From the IMG/VR virus record IMGVR_UViG_3300044878_000243, positions 1 through 51,424 of that record: a DNA stretch of 51,424 nt, one strand, 5' to 3'. This DNA is from a virus (lineage: Duplodnaviria; Caudoviricetes). Numbering within the stretch: the stretch's first letter is position 1; every line of letters begins with the position of its first letter. Of the stretch, positions 27,534 through 38,190 are shown piece after piece. The translations under genes and the position numbers were made by a program. The notes below the pieces were generated by a model. That model had not been told where the DNA came from, did not search any database, and saw only the letters and a program-made list of their open reading frames with translations.

Positions 27534-29461
27534 GAAATGCTCCCGACAATCTGACCATGGTTTTCGATGTTGATAACCGCGCCATTAATGGTCTTGGTGA
27601 CTTTTGATGGCAAGGACGGAGTATATAGTGTAACTACCATGTTTGTGTATGGCGCAGGGGCCTCGATCAACGTACAAGTACCTGCAAGGCCAGGCTGGTT
27701 TGCGTTGCCGCCATTGCCGCCTGTAATAGCCCCAGCGAAATACTCTTTGACATTGCCGGATACGAGCTTATACAGGCGAACAACCGGGCCATTACCGCCA
27801 TTGGTCAACGTGTTATATGTCCCAGGATATGTGACCTCGGCATATACGTTGTTTACAGCATCGCTAAACAAAGTGCTTCCGTAAAAGTCGCCACCCATAG
27901 GAGTTGCGCCGGCACCATGACCACCACTTACTCCAACATCGACCGTGGCTCCGCCAGGCTTGGTGAACCTAACTTTCACACCAGATCCTGCACCACCGGA
28001 CACAGATATGGTGCCGTTGTTGACGACATTAACAACCGATGGAGACGCACTCGCATAAAGGAGCGGTTGAGTAGTTACTCCGTTACCAATATCGGATCGT
28101 GGGGAATACCCGTAAATTGCGCCGTCGTTTACGATAGTAAGCACCAGGTCTGGATAGGTGTTCGCCGGGATCGGGTAATTTATCGCCTGAGTCAAAATAC
28201 CTTTGTTTGCAAAAACGTATTGACCAGGCACGTCTCCTCGAAGGAAATTCTTGGAGCGAACGTAGTCAATAAAGTCGGTGCGGAAGCCGTCAACGCGCCT
28301 TCCTGCTGGGATCTCAATGTAGAAATTCGACAGAGGGGTGGTTACTTTTGTAACTGTGCCCATGGTCTTCTTGAAGTATTCGATACTTCCTGACTGCCAA
28401 TTGTAGAAGCCAACATGGGTATCAGCGTCAAGGATACAGGACGTATAGTACGACTTACCCTGGGTCTGTGATCCGTCAGCATTTTCAACCAATGGCCAGA
28501 ATGTATGAATGGACATAAAGCCGTCATAGGTGACAAATAGGCCAAGGTTAGATCTGATTACCGCAAAGTCACCAATAGCAAGGCCATCCATAAAACCATT
28601 GATGTTGTAGATGGTTTTGTAGATCGTGTCAGCAGCAATGTCGTACCTGACAATACAGGTACTTTCGTACATGTAGATGTACTTATCACCCACACAGATC
28701 ATCCCACCAGTAGAAGTAATCGACGAAATTAGCCTTGTCGAGCCGTCAATGAACATCTCATACAACCTGTAGTTGATGCTTACAAACAGTCGGCCATCAG
28801 GCGTTGAGCCGCATGTTGATTTGCCAAAGTTGTCGGACGAAGCCTGCAGCAGACCAGGGAAATTTCCTGGGATAGCCACATCGCGGACGGCCAGGGATAC
28901 CGGATTGATAACTTTGAAGATACTGCGCCCGGTGCTGAACACGACATCCTCGGCGCCAATCGAGGAGATGATTGGAATATAGGCGCCGCTGGCCAGGTTA
29001 ACGACGATATTGGTCTGGGTGCCATCATAACGGTACAGTCGATCAAAGCCTGTCGCGCTATCAATACCCCAGAAGTATACCGTATGGTTTGTCTTAATGA
29101 TCCCGTACCCATAAATGGTCGGGTTGTGAATGTTGTAGGTGATTTTGTTGGCAAAACCACTTGGCGGCACAACATCCACCTGACTGTAACGGTGTACGAT
29201 CAGATAACCGTTAAAATACATGGCCCAGATCTTGTTGGTGCCAGTTGGGGTGACGACCTTGTCGGCAGGGCCGTTATCCAGGTTGAGCAGGTCGGTAATC
29301 CCGATCCACGACGACGGCTCCTCGTACTCATCCCAGACTTTGTGCCAGATCGAGTTTTTCTTGACGAACATTTGATCAGCTTTCTTCCAGACGTTGCTCA
29401 CCTTTACGTGAACAACCTTTGTCTCGTGGAATGCGCCGCCTGCTTTAACAAGTAGAGTCAT
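27530..29461 (-). CDS. Receptor-binding adhesin with Gly-rich gp38-like C-terminus
   Basis: Trp-rich N-terminus (NVWKK..SIWHKVW), VNNGTI..GGAG..GGNGG motifs; lower GC; ATGA overlap with the fibre gene. Confidence 0.65.
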   Translation of the reverse strand: MTLLVKAGGAFHETKVVHVKVSNVWKKADQMFVKKNSIWHKVWDEYEEPSSWIGITDLLNLDNGPADKVVTPTGTNKIWAMYFNGYLIVHRYSQVDVVPPSGFANKITYNIHNPTIYGYGIIKTNHTVYFWGIDSATGFDRLYRYDGTQTNIVVNLASGAYIPIISSIGAEDVVFSTGRSIFKVINPVSLAVRDVAIPGNFPGLLQASSDNFGKSTCGSTPDGRLFVSINYRLYEMFIDGSTRLISSITSTGGMICVGDKYIYMYESTCIVRYDIAADTIYKTIYNINGFMDGLAIGDFAVIRSNLGLFVTYDGFMSIHTFWPLVENADGSQTQGKSYYTSCILDADTHVGFYNWQSGSIEYFKKTMGTVTKVTTPLSNFYIEIPAGRRVDGFRTDFIDYVRSKNFLRGDVPGQYVFANKGILTQAINYPIPANTYPDLVLTIVNDGAIYGYSPRSDIGNGVTTQPLLYASASPSVVNVVNNGTISVSGGAGSGVKVRFTKPGGATVDVGVSGGHGAGATPMGGDFYGSTLFSDAVNNVYAEVTYPGTYNTLTNGGNGPVVRLYKLVSGNVKEYFAGAITGGNGGNANQPGLAGTCTLIEAPAPYTNMVVTLYTPSLPSKVTKTINGAVINIENHGQIVGSIS

Positions 29462-30783
29462 GTGTATTTGATCCAAATGTCGCCATTCTGACCGTCGCCG
29501 GCAACCGGGTCAGCCGTGGAAATCGTCACGTGAGGAATCACGAGGTTGCTGATTTGAGTCAGCGCGGTCTGGGCCTTAGTGTCTGCTGCAACAGCCTTTG
29601 CGTCGGCAGCGACTGCTTTGGCATCAGCGGAGTTGGCCTTGGTCTGAGCAGTTCCTGCGCCGGTCAGAGCGTTCTCGGCGGTCTCCTCAACGTCAGTCAG
29701 GCGCTGAAGCACTTCGGTCAGATCAGTGCCCTCAAAGTCCCCTGGTGCCGGAGGCGTTGTGCCAATCGTGCCGGCAGGGCCGTCGATGGTGTACATACCC
29801 TGAGGCGAGATCCAGATTTGGGAGACGTGAGTGCCATCCAGGACATGGATGATTTTGTAGCGGATGACGTTGATGCCATCGGCATTTGGGCCCTTGTCCT
29901 TGGATTCGAAGTAGTAGAACCCGGTCTTCTGAGTCGACGCGTCAGTGAGGGGCTGCAGGGCTCCACCGAGACCGAATGCTCCTACTTTGAGCAACCTTTC
30001 ATCAGTGCCATCGTAAGTGCTGGTCTGGACGTCGCGTGTCGCAGCCGTGCCTAGTTCCAGGATGTCGCGCATGGCCTCAGCCGTCTCGGCTTTGCTTAGG
30101 AGGTTGGCCAGATCGGAGGCATCTGCAAGCTTCGCCTCGATGTCGATAACCTCGGCCTCGAGATCATCAACTCGACTGCCAATGTCGACCACTTCGGCGG
30201 TGATTTGCTCAAGGTTTGCAATCAAACCAACGACTTTGTCTGCCTCGGCTTTTGAGTCGGCAGCACTTGCGGCGCTTGCCAGTTCTGAGGCCAGGGCAGC
30301 GGCAGCACTTGCGGCAGACTCGGCTGCGCTGGTAGCGCTTGCGAGTGCAGAGGCCATGGCGTCGAGAGCAGCCTGGACGGCTTCGTCCCTGGCGTGCATG
30401 GCGTTGACCTTGGCGTCGATGATGATCTTGATCGCTTCGACATCGTAATACTTTGTCGACGGAGGCGGCAGCAAGATGATGTCGTGCAGCCAAATCGGGA
30501 AGTCGACATCAGGAACGGAAACCAGCTCATCGAAGAGTTTGCTACCGTCCGGATTTCGGGCAACGATCTGGTATTCGGCGCCGGTGGTGCCTTCGATGCT
30601 TGGCCACAGTTGCAAATCGCACTCACCGAGGGCATCGGTCGTGGCGCTCTCGACGGTACGGTCAACAAAGCCGATGTCGCGGGTGGTGATACCTACGGTC
30701 TGCAGGCGCGCAGTGACCGTAATGCCCTCAGTGAGGGTATTTTCTGGGCCGTATACACGGACTTTGACCGTAACGTTTTTCAT
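29458..30783 (-). CDS. Tail fibre 2
   Basis: Ala-rich coil, LGTAATRDVQTS.YD...RLLKVGAFGLGG fibre motif, GDIWIKY end. Confidence 0.8.
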   Translation of the reverse strand: MKNVTVKVRVYGPENTLTEGITVTARLQTVGITTRDIGFVDRTVESATTDALGECDLQLWPSIEGTTGAEYQIVARNPDGSKLFDELVSVPDVDFPIWLHDIILLPPPSTKYYDVEAIKIIIDAKVNAMHARDEAVQAALDAMASALASATSAAESAASAAAALASELASAASAADSKAEADKVVGLIANLEQITAEVVDIGSRVDDLEAEVIDIEAKLADASDLANLLSKAETAEAMRDILELGTAATRDVQTSTYDGTDERLLKVGAFGLGGALQPLTDASTQKTGFYYFESKDKGPNADGINVIRYKIIHVLDGTHVSQIWISPQGMYTIDGPAGTIGTTPPAPGDFEGTDLTEVLQRLTDVEETAENALTGAGTAQTKANSADAKAVAADAKAVAADTKAQTALTQISNLVIPHVTISTADPVAGDGQNGDIWIKYT

Positions 30784-30877
30784 GGTGACTCCCGTCAGAC
30801 ATAACGCAATTATGCATTAATTGACAATATTAAGAAAGGCGATATATCGAACAAGCGGGCATCCTTGCCATTATGTC

Positions 30878-33800
30878 CTATGTCTTGACGTAGTAGGATG
30901 CGCCTTTGACTGGAGATGGGGCCTGGCCAATCTCAAAGAAACCAGATCCAGTTACGTTCATCGCGTAGTAGGTCAAGTTGCCGTTTACGCCACCAGTCGA
31001 CCCACCAACTCCACAATCGCCGAAAACTAGCATGTCGTTGATGTTAAACAGCACTTGGCTGACCATCGTCGTCATTTTCGGTGTATCAACCCACGTTTTG
31101 CCGTAATCGAACGAAACATAGCTGTTTGCTTGCAAACTCTTGTTGAAGTTGATCCAGAGGCAGTTATCACGACCTTGACACTTATAGTTTGCTGCGTTGA
31201 ACGCTGTTGCCGATGGCGCAACGATGGTGTCAGTCGTATAGGTCGACGTGTTCATCGAAAACTGCAAGCCATTGTTGCCAAAATACAACGTCCCGCTGGC
31301 CCTGGAGCAAGTTCCAACGTTCATGTCCGAAGCTGACGAGTAGCGCTGAGTCCAGGCATTGGTGGTCGGGTTATACTCGTAAATACCCTTGCCATTGGCA
31401 GTTGTAGTGCCACCAGCGAAGATTTTCCCGTTCTTGTCTGCTTGGATCCAGTGGCAGGCAGTAAGAGGGTTGGATGGCGTCAAAACAGCTCCGGCAGCGC
31501 CAGTGGATACAACAATCTTTTGCATCGCACCGGTCGTAACAATGACAAGGTCATTGCTATCGTCGATGGACACATAACCTGCAATTGTGCCAGCTGGTTT
31601 CGCAACTGCACGATAATTGATGGCCGCCTTCCCGAGCAACAGCGGGTACGAATACGAGGTTGTGCCATCATCCATGTACGCGGATGTTTTGGTCGTTTTG
31701 AATGTCGAAAAGGTGTTCTGCTGGCCATATGCCAACGTTTGGTTCTCATATACCGCAATCAACTCGGACGTTTTGTTCGTCCGCATAGTGAGATAACCGC
31801 CGACAATATCGCAATCAAAAATTGTCGCAGTTGCCGCACCGATGTTGACCCGGTTTTCGCTGGCAACGTTGACACTGGTCGGAGTGCCTTTTTCGCCAAA
31901 TGCCGCACATAACTCAGGATATGTAGCTTTAGAGTATGTTTTGCCGGTTTCCAGCCAGCCGGTATGCGTGCCCGTCAATTTGAGAACAAAGTCTCCTCGC
32001 TCGGCCCCACTGACTGGCTCGCCTGACCCACCTCCGGTTTCTGCAAGTGCGTAAGCTGCATCTGCCCTGGCTTGGGCAGTGTTTGCCGCAGTTTGGGCGG
32101 TGGTCGCCTTGGTATCAGCCGTATCGGCTTTAGTGTCAGCTGTATCGGCTTTGGCCTGAGCTGCGGCGATGGCGGCGTTGACTGCAATAAAAGTTGATTC
32201 GGCGTCATCAACGGCGTACTCAACGGCGATAATGCGATCCAGCAATCCGCTATCAGCTACTTGCAAATTGTTGATGGCAGTCTGAAAGCCCGGAACTGCA
32301 GCAGCGGCTCCCGCGCCGATGTTGTAGGCGGTTACGACATCAGTCTGAAGTTGCGTCACTTCGGCATCCATAGCCACGACATCGACACTTCCGTCGCCGT
32401 CTAAGGCATTTACACGGATTGTCAATGTCGAGACATTTGTATCCAAAGAATCGACTTCGATGCGAAGGGCGTTGACGTCGGAATTCGCAAAGTCTTCTTC
32501 AACTTGGGTGGCTTTTGCCAGTGCCAAGTCAGCCGACGCCTTCGCCGTATTCGCTGTTGCCACCGCGCCGTCAACGACCAGCTCCAGGGCGTCAACCTCG
32601 GCCTGGACGGTCGAGGCGTCGACAATGCTCAGTAGGGTTTTTATCTCTGCTGGGGTTTCAGCAGTGACGATGCTCCAGCCCTGAGTGGTGATGTCGTTAA
32701 CCCGTGGATCGCTGCCACCTCCGCCACCGTTTGTTTGCAGCTCCAGGATGTCAGCGGCGTTGGCCTGAGACATTGTCAAAGCAGAGTCTGCGATGCCCTT
32801 GGCTTCTGCGATCTTTGTTGTGTGATCTGTCAAAGTCGAGTCGTGCGCAACAGTGCTTGCCTTTGCTTGGCCGGCGATGACTTCAACGGCGTCGACTTCG
32901 GCTTGCATGGCCGTAAATGCATCCGACGTGGCCATGTTCGACACTTGATCAGTCAATGTCGCGACGTTGGTCGTCAGCAGGATCACGTCCTGTTTTGTGT
33001 TATCAGCAGTGGTCTGAGCCGCATCGGCGCGCTGGCGAGCGTCTACGATTGCAGCGCCATTGGCAGTGACAGCAGCGGTCGCAGCGTCTGCTTTCGCATT
33101 TGCTGAGTCAGCGGTTCCGACAACGGAATCCACCTGCGTTTGCAGGGCAACGATATCTTCCGGGCTAGCAAAAGTATCAGGCAGGGCGTCCATCTGAGCC
33201 TGGATGATCGCTGCGGTGGACTGAGCAGATCCTGCTGCAAGCAAGGCCGCTTCAGAGTCAGTCTTTGCTTGCCTGGAGGTCGTGTCAGCAGTCTCAGCCA
33301 TGGCCTCGGTTGCGACCATTTGCGCCGTCATTGTGACGACGGAGGTATTCGCGTTATTGGCAGCTGTTGTTGCCAAATCAGCCGCTTCATAAGCTGCGAT
33401 GGCACCTTCGTTGGCCACTTCTGCAGAGGCCTGGGCAGCGTTAGCTGCGGCAATTGTGGCAGCGATGGCGTCGGTCACGCGGGTGCTGGAATCGCTTGCA
33501 AGCAACGAGTAGTTCTTCGCTGCGTTCTCTGATGCCTTGGCGGCCACTTCGCTGTTATGAGCCCCGGTCGCGCTCAAGGCGGCGGCAGCAGCACTGGCAG
33601 CCGCTGCATCTTCGCTTACGCCGGCGTTGGTCTCGGAAAGCTGAGCGGCATCACGGGCCAACAGCGTTTCATCACGTGCAGCGACGGTTACGTCTTTGGC
33701 CGCAACAGCAATGTCTTTTGCCGCGACAGCCTGGTCACGCGAGTTGGCCGCACTGATCTTAGCTGCCTGGATTTCAGCGATTGCCGCCTCGTCGTAGTCC

Positions 33801-34132
33801 TTCGGCACCGGTGGTGGCAGCAGCAGAATATCGTGCAACCAAACAGGCACGTCGGAGGCTGGGACGGTGACCCTGTCGTTAAAGACGACCAAGCCGGTCA
33901 CCGAGTTTTTCGCAGTGATCCGGTACTGAGTTTCAGAGGCACCCTCGGTGTTTGGCCACAACTCAATCGAGGCCACACCAGTCGCATCTGTCTCACCTGT
34001 GACAAGGCTGCGATCAATGAACCCATCAGTCAGGTTCACGCCGGTCGCCAACAATCGGGCCTGCAGAACGACGTGCTGAATGAGGTCTCCATCGGGGTCT
34101 TGCACCCTCATCTTTACTACTGTTTTTTGCAT
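30878..34132 (-). CDS. Tail fibre 1
   Basis: 1084 aa; long Ala/Thr coiled coil, collar-like GWLETG..YSKATYPEL, beta-rich C-terminal domain. Confidence 0.8.
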   Translation of the reverse strand: MQKTVVKMRVQDPDGDLIQHVVLQARLLATGVNLTDGFIDRSLVTGETDATGVASIELWPNTEGASETQYRITAKNSVTGLVVFNDRVTVPASDVPVWLHDILLLPPPVPKDYDEAAIAEIQAAKISAANSRDQAVAAKDIAVAAKDVTVAARDETLLARDAAQLSETNAGVSEDAAAASAAAAALSATGAHNSEVAAKASENAAKNYSLLASDSSTRVTDAIAATIAAANAAQASAEVANEGAIAAYEAADLATTAANNANTSVVTMTAQMVATEAMAETADTTSRQAKTDSEAALLAAGSAQSTAAIIQAQMDALPDTFASPEDIVALQTQVDSVVGTADSANAKADAATAAVTANGAAIVDARQRADAAQTTADNTKQDVILLTTNVATLTDQVSNMATSDAFTAMQAEVDAVEVIAGQAKASTVAHDSTLTDHTTKIAEAKGIADSALTMSQANAADILELQTNGGGGGSDPRVNDITTQGWSIVTAETPAEIKTLLSIVDASTVQAEVDALELVVDGAVATANTAKASADLALAKATQVEEDFANSDVNALRIEVDSLDTNVSTLTIRVNALDGDGSVDVVAMDAEVTQLQTDVVTAYNIGAGAAAAVPGFQTAINNLQVADSGLLDRIIAVEYAVDDAESTFIAVNAAIAAAQAKADTADTKADTADTKATTAQTAANTAQARADAAYALAETGGGSGEPVSGAERGDFVLKLTGTHTGWLETGKTYSKATYPELCAAFGEKGTPTSVNVASENRVNIGAATATIFDCDIVGGYLTMRTNKTSELIAVYENQTLAYGQQNTFSTFKTTKTSAYMDDGTTSYSYPLLLGKAAINYRAVAKPAGTIAGYVSIDDSNDLVIVTTGAMQKIVVSTGAAGAVLTPSNPLTACHWIQADKNGKIFAGGTTTANGKGIYEYNPTTNAWTQRYSSASDMNVGTCSRASGTLYFGNNGLQFSMNTSTYTTDTIVAPSATAFNAANYKCQGRDNCLWINFNKSLQANSYVSFDYGKTWVDTPKMTTMVSQVLFNINDMLVFGDCGVGGSTGGVNGNLTYYAMNVTGSGFFEIGQAPSPVKGASYYVKT

Positions 34133-34185
34133 CTTTTGACTCCAAAAATGAGGGCAAGGTTGGTCAGGGTGGAAGTCCCGGTTCT

Positions 34186-34752
34186 TTAAGCGAAGGGTCT
34201 CGTTTTGGCTCGTACAGATCCGTACTGGTAGCCGTTTTGAGCCTGGTCGCGAGCGGCGGATTGCTGATCCAGGAATTTCCGGTTATAGAAGTCGGCCAGT
34301 TGCGGGTCTTTCCATGGCTGTGGCAGCAGCAGGAGTTTGTACCTGGCCCCATCCATCAATGATTCGCTCCAGCGGGTGATCAATTCGGCTGGCATGTCCA
34401 GGCCGATCTTCGGGCGACAGATCATTTGCCCCCAAATGACCTTGGTCTTGGGCTTCGTTCGGAACTCGATCTCGGTCGGGCTGAGCTGGATGTAGTCGAT
34501 GCCAGGTTTGTATCCCCTGCCGTTTTCGTCCAGTAGACCCATGACGGTCACGGCCTCACCGGTGGCCGGCGCTTCCAGTTCTGCATAGTCGGTGTCGGCT
34601 GCGGTGACACATGGAGCGTCACGCACTACCCAGATGTTTCCCTCGTAGCACAGCGTGCGCTGGGCCCAACGGATCATGTCTCGGATGGTTGCCAATGGGC
34701 ACGCCGGGAACTCGGTGCTGAGCGTAATAGCCAGTTGCGCGGTCGTGGTCAT
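34186..34752 (-). CDS. Head-tail adaptor / tail tubular protein
   Basis: Position after the adaptor; GARYKLLLLPQPWKDP. Confidence 0.65.
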   Translation of the reverse strand: MTTTAQLAITLSTEFPACPLATIRDMIRWAQRTLCYEGNIWVVRDAPCVTAADTDYAELEAPATGEAVTVMGLLDENGRGYKPGIDYIQLSPTEIEFRTKPKTKVIWGQMICRPKIGLDMPAELITRWSESLMDGARYKLLLLPQPWKDPQLADFYNRKFLDQQSAARDQAQNGYQYGSVRAKTRPFA

Positions 34753-35405
34753 TTCTGCACCTTCATCGGATTACTTGACTCGATGCCCTGGATTTTCAGG
34801 CCCAATGCGGAGCTTGCGGACTGCCCGTGGATCTGTGCGCGCTGGGCGTTGGCTTGGCCTTCGGCATCTTTCAGGAATGCTCGGGACAGGATCAGGTCGA
34901 GGATGATTGGCGCGTAGGTATCCTGGAGCATGATCGGCTCAACAGAGTCGGGATATGCCTGCATGAAGATGTCGTGCGCCGGCACCTTCGAGTACATGAT
35001 CTCGAGCTTTGCGTCCAAACTTGCCGGTGGGTAGACGTAGAAACTGCGAGGCGACAGCTCATCGAAGATGTAGTTTTCAATGGTGTCGGTCTCAGGCTCC
35101 GAGTGCCAGGTACGCCTCGACAAGTTCATCGCTTCACGGCTGGCCTTCGTGACGATGGCGCCATTGATGTTTCTGATCACGTCGACCAGGCGCTCAGCGC
35201 CCTCTGGCAGGTACTGCCTGGTGCCTTTGACGCACTGGAACTCGGCAGTGACTGTGTACGCAGAAGGGTACGCGTTGAGGATCGTGGCGTAGGATTCGTT
35301 GAGCCAATCCAACAGCTCAGCGTTCGTCCAGCGCGTGCCCTCGTTGGTGACTTCCTGCAGGATTGCGCGGGCACGGGTGAGGATGTCACCAACAGTGGTC
35401 GTCAT
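34749..35405 (-). CDS. DUF6682-like head-tail adaptor
   Basis: RWTNAELLDWLNE..FYVYPP..RAFLKDAE. Confidence 0.75.
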   Translation of the reverse strand: MTTTVGDILTRARAILQEVTNEGTRWTNAELLDWLNESYATILNAYPSAYTVTAEFQCVKGTRQYLPEGAERLVDVIRNINGAIVTKASREAMNLSRRTWHSEPETDTIENYIFDELSPRSFYVYPPASLDAKLEIMYSKVPAHDIFMQAYPDSVEPIMLQDTYAPIILDLILSRAFLKDAEGQANAQRAQIHGQSASSALGLKIQGIESSNPMKVQK

Positions 35406-35406
35406 A

Positions 35407-35874
35407 TCAAATCTCGCGGAAATGGGCCAATTTCGCCAGCTGCGGAGTCCATAGGAACACGACTCCGGTCTTGGTGTTTACGAGGATGCGGTTGGTGATT
35501 TCGGGCTCGATATGCTCGACTTCATCAACACTGTCAATTTCCGGCAAAATAAACTCACCGGCAGCGCCGATTACGGTTGCTGGCAATGGGTCTGCAACCA
35601 ACAAAACCCCATCAATTGCCGCCTGACCAACCTCTCCTGTCAATTCAGGCAGAACAACGTTTGTGGCCAAAAAGGACAGTTCGTCCTCATCGCGCCGGGT
35701 CGGAATCGATTCAAGTTCAACCTGGCCTTCCAGGACGTCGAGGATCTCGTCCTTCAGGGTTCCCAGGGCTTTTCTCTTGTCGATTGCGATGTGTGGAAGA
35801 TCGATCAACAATGCTTCGAGTTCGATCTTGGATTCGGCATTATTGACAGCTTGAATCAATTCTGCAGCAGTCAT
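35407..35874 (-). CDS. Hypothetical acidic protein
   Basis: 155 aa ORF after the capsid gene. Confidence 0.7.
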   Translation of the reverse strand: MTAAELIQAVNNAESKIELEALLIDLPHIAIDKRKALGTLKDEILDVLEGQVELESIPTRRDEDELSFLATNVVLPELTGEVGQAAIDGVLLVADPLPATVIGAAGEFILPEIDSVDEVEHIEPEITNRILVNTKTGVVFLWTPQLAKLAHFREI

Positions 35875-35942
35875 TTTCTCACTCTCAGTTCATTTGATGT
35901 CAAAATGCCGCCCCTTGCGGGGCGGCGGTGTTACCGGGCCTA

Positions 35943-36881
35943 TCAGCCGCGAGCGGCGTAGAGGTGGCCGATGGCTTTCGGGTCGATGACCTTGCTGCCG
36001 TACACGTTCAGGCCGCGAACCAGCGAACCGAAGTCGTTAGGGTTCTTCAGCGTTTCCATCTGTGTCATTTGGGACGCAAAAGTCAGCGCCTTTTTGTGAC
36101 CGAAGATGACGTTGGTGGCCTTTTTCGAAGCCGCGACGTCGTCAACAACGCTCAGGTTGTTGGAGATGTAGACCATGAAGCGATCCAGGCGACCAACTTT
36201 GCCGTTGCGGAACACCGAGGTGGTGTCGCCCATTGCGTTTGCGTCACGCAGGTCGGACTTTTTGAGCATGCCGTTCATCCACGCGGGCAGAACGACCCAA
36301 CGGTTTTCTTCCGGAACGTTTTGTTCGTCCAGGATGCTGCCGCAGTCCACGAGCACGTCCAGGATGTTGTCTTTGGTGATTGCCACGGGAGCGCCGGCCT
36401 TGCCCATGTTGTAGGAGCCCGACTTGGCGCCTGCGACATCACCTGCGTTGGCTGCGTCGACGTCGGCGTAGTGTTCGCCGAGGATGTCGGTGTCGATTTC
36501 GACCTTCATTTGCTCACCGCCAGCCTTCGAGAACTCGTCCATCAGCTTGATGTCGGCCTGGAAAGCATCGACGTCAAACACTTCGAAAGCGAAGTATTTG
36601 GCCTTGTTGATCTGCAGCTCGACCTTGTCGGAAGTCGGCTTTTGGTGCACCAGACCACCACCCACGGTGTAGTCGCGGATGACGATGCCTGGAACGGTGC
36701 GGATCTGAACGGTGTCGCCCTGGCCCTTGATCTCGCCTTCATAATCGGTGTTGGCAATCTCACCGAAGCAAGTGCTGGCATATAGAGCAGCCGACATTTT
36801 TCCGCTCCAGATCTCTGGAACAAAGCCTACGGTGCCAGTAGAACCGTAATTTGGAACACCACCTGCGCGTGCAACACTCAT
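35943..36881 (-). CDS. Major capsid protein (P22 coat-like, HK97 fold)
   Basis: FVPEIWS..NTDYEGEI..GDTV.I..VRGLNVYG.KV; followed by hairpin 35906-35928. Confidence 0.9.
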   Translation of the reverse strand: MSVARAGGVPNYGSTGTVGFVPEIWSGKMSAALYASTCFGEIANTDYEGEIKGQGDTVQIRTVPGIVIRDYTVGGGLVHQKPTSDKVELQINKAKYFAFEVFDVDAFQADIKLMDEFSKAGGEQMKVEIDTDILGEHYADVDAANAGDVAGAKSGSYNMGKAGAPVAITKDNILDVLVDCGSILDEQNVPEENRWVVLPAWMNGMLKKSDLRDANAMGDTTSVFRNGKVGRLDRFMVYISNNLSVVDDVAASKKATNVIFGHKKALTFASQMTQMETLKNPNDFGSLVRGLNVYGSKVIDPKAIGHLYAARG

Positions 36882-36918
36882 ATTTACTACTCCAAAAACG
36901 TGATGGGGATCCGCCTAC

Positions 36919-37800
36919 TTAGCGAATTCGACCCTGGGATTGGGCTGCGAAAATGTCAGCCTCAATTGCGCTGGCCTCTGACGGAGTCATTGACGAGCGC
37001 TCCCGGTAGAACTTGCTGATTTCGTCTCGAGACCAGGTCTTTTGTCCTGTGACATCAGTTACCGTGGCGCGAGATTGCTTTGGCTGAACAAGTTCTGCGG
37101 GGATTTCCTGCTTAACTGCTGGTTTGCCCCCAAACGATTTAAAGATGGCGACTACGCGATATGCATCACGAGCTTTTTCGGCATCTGTCAAAAGTTGTTG
37201 GCGTTGTGCGCCGCTCAGCATGTCTGTGCCACTTAGCCACTCGAGGAATGCTGGGTCTGCGTTGATTTCGCGCCAGTTGGGAAGTTGAACTTCCAGGTCG
37301 GTCATGAATCGTGCATATGCGTCTTGATGACGCTCATCACGCATTTGCGCAACTTCGGCTTTAACGTCGTCGAAGTTATCGCTCTTGCCTGCGATGGAAC
37401 CGGCAACCTTTTTGATCAAGTTCACCAAATCAGGGCCGTACTCTTCGATCTCTGCCGGGGTCAGTTCCTGCATGGCGGTCTGTGCGCGTTGCACTGCACT
37501 GCCTTCGGTAGACTGCTCGGCGAGCTTTTGAGTGAGGGTCTTGATTTCTTGGCGCAGCGCTGGGATCTCTGCATTGTATTTGCCTTGAAGGACGTCGAAC
37601 CGATGGCGCCAGTAAGTGGCGTCTTGGGTCGGAGCCTGGGCTTGTACTTGCTCTTGAACCGGGGCGGATTGCACTTGTTCTGCAACTACTTCGGCAGCGA
37701 CGGTGGACGCCGGATTACCTTCTTCGCTTGCAGGTTTGTTGATCTGAGCTTGCAACGCATTGGCGTTGTCAATTTGGGCTTGCACTGATGCTGGAAGCAC
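36919..37800 (-). CDS. Scaffolding protein
   Basis: LQGKYNAE, W..IN.DP.F..WL; located between portal and capsid. Confidence 0.75.
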   Translation of the reverse strand: MLPASVQAQIDNANALQAQINKPASEEGNPASTVAAEVVAEQVQSAPVQEQVQAQAPTQDATYWRHRFDVLQGKYNAEIPALRQEIKTLTQKLAEQSTEGSAVQRAQTAMQELTPAEIEEYGPDLVNLIKKVAGSIAGKSDNFDDVKAEVAQMRDERHQDAYARFMTDLEVQLPNWREINADPAFLEWLSGTDMLSGAQRQQLLTDAEKARDAYRVVAIFKSFGGKPAVKQEIPAELVQPKQSRATVTDVTGQKTWSRDEISKFYRERSSMTPSEASAIEADIFAAQSQGRIR

Positions 37801-37944
37801 TATTTAGATCCTTACGTCATCTCGACGTTAGTTGTGAGCCAGGGGTGCTGGGGTTCACGTTTTTGGGTTTGGATTCAAAGTCTATCGGCCATAAGACTTT
37901 GAGCAGACTTTAAGGTATAAAAGGTATAATGCACTTGGCAACTA

Positions 37945-38190
37945 TTACCTGCGTTCATTCATTTCGTGGAGAGCCTTTCGGCTCTCCGATATTGCAATTC
38001 TGAGGTCGGACAGGAAGGAAAGTCTTCCTTGAAGGCGGTAGAGCAACTCCGGTGTTGCCCCCTCCTCCAACTTATCCCGTTCAACCTCACGCATATTGCT
38101 GAGCAGGTTCTTGAATGCCTGCCATTCCGGGCTGTTGTTGGACTCCAGGCGCGCCAAGTCCCTGATCTGCTCCGGGGTTAAGTCCAGCAT
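37945..38190 (-). CDS. Phage hypothetical protein
   Basis: 81 aa, LYRLQGR motif, GGAG RBS; overlaps the portal tail by 104 nt. Confidence 0.7.
   Translation of the reverse strand: MLDLTPEQIRDLARLESNNSPEWQAFKNLLSNMREVERDKLEEGATPELLYRLQGRLSFLSDLRIAISESRKALHEMNERR

Noticed and set aside
30795-30826. Second dif-like site (CATAA-cgcaa-TTATG)
   Set aside because: The spacer is 5 bp rather than 6 and the outer arms match poorly
27530-34132. Diversity-generating retroelement or invertible tail-fibre switch
   Set aside because: No reverse transcriptase, invertase or TR/VR nucleotide repeat seen
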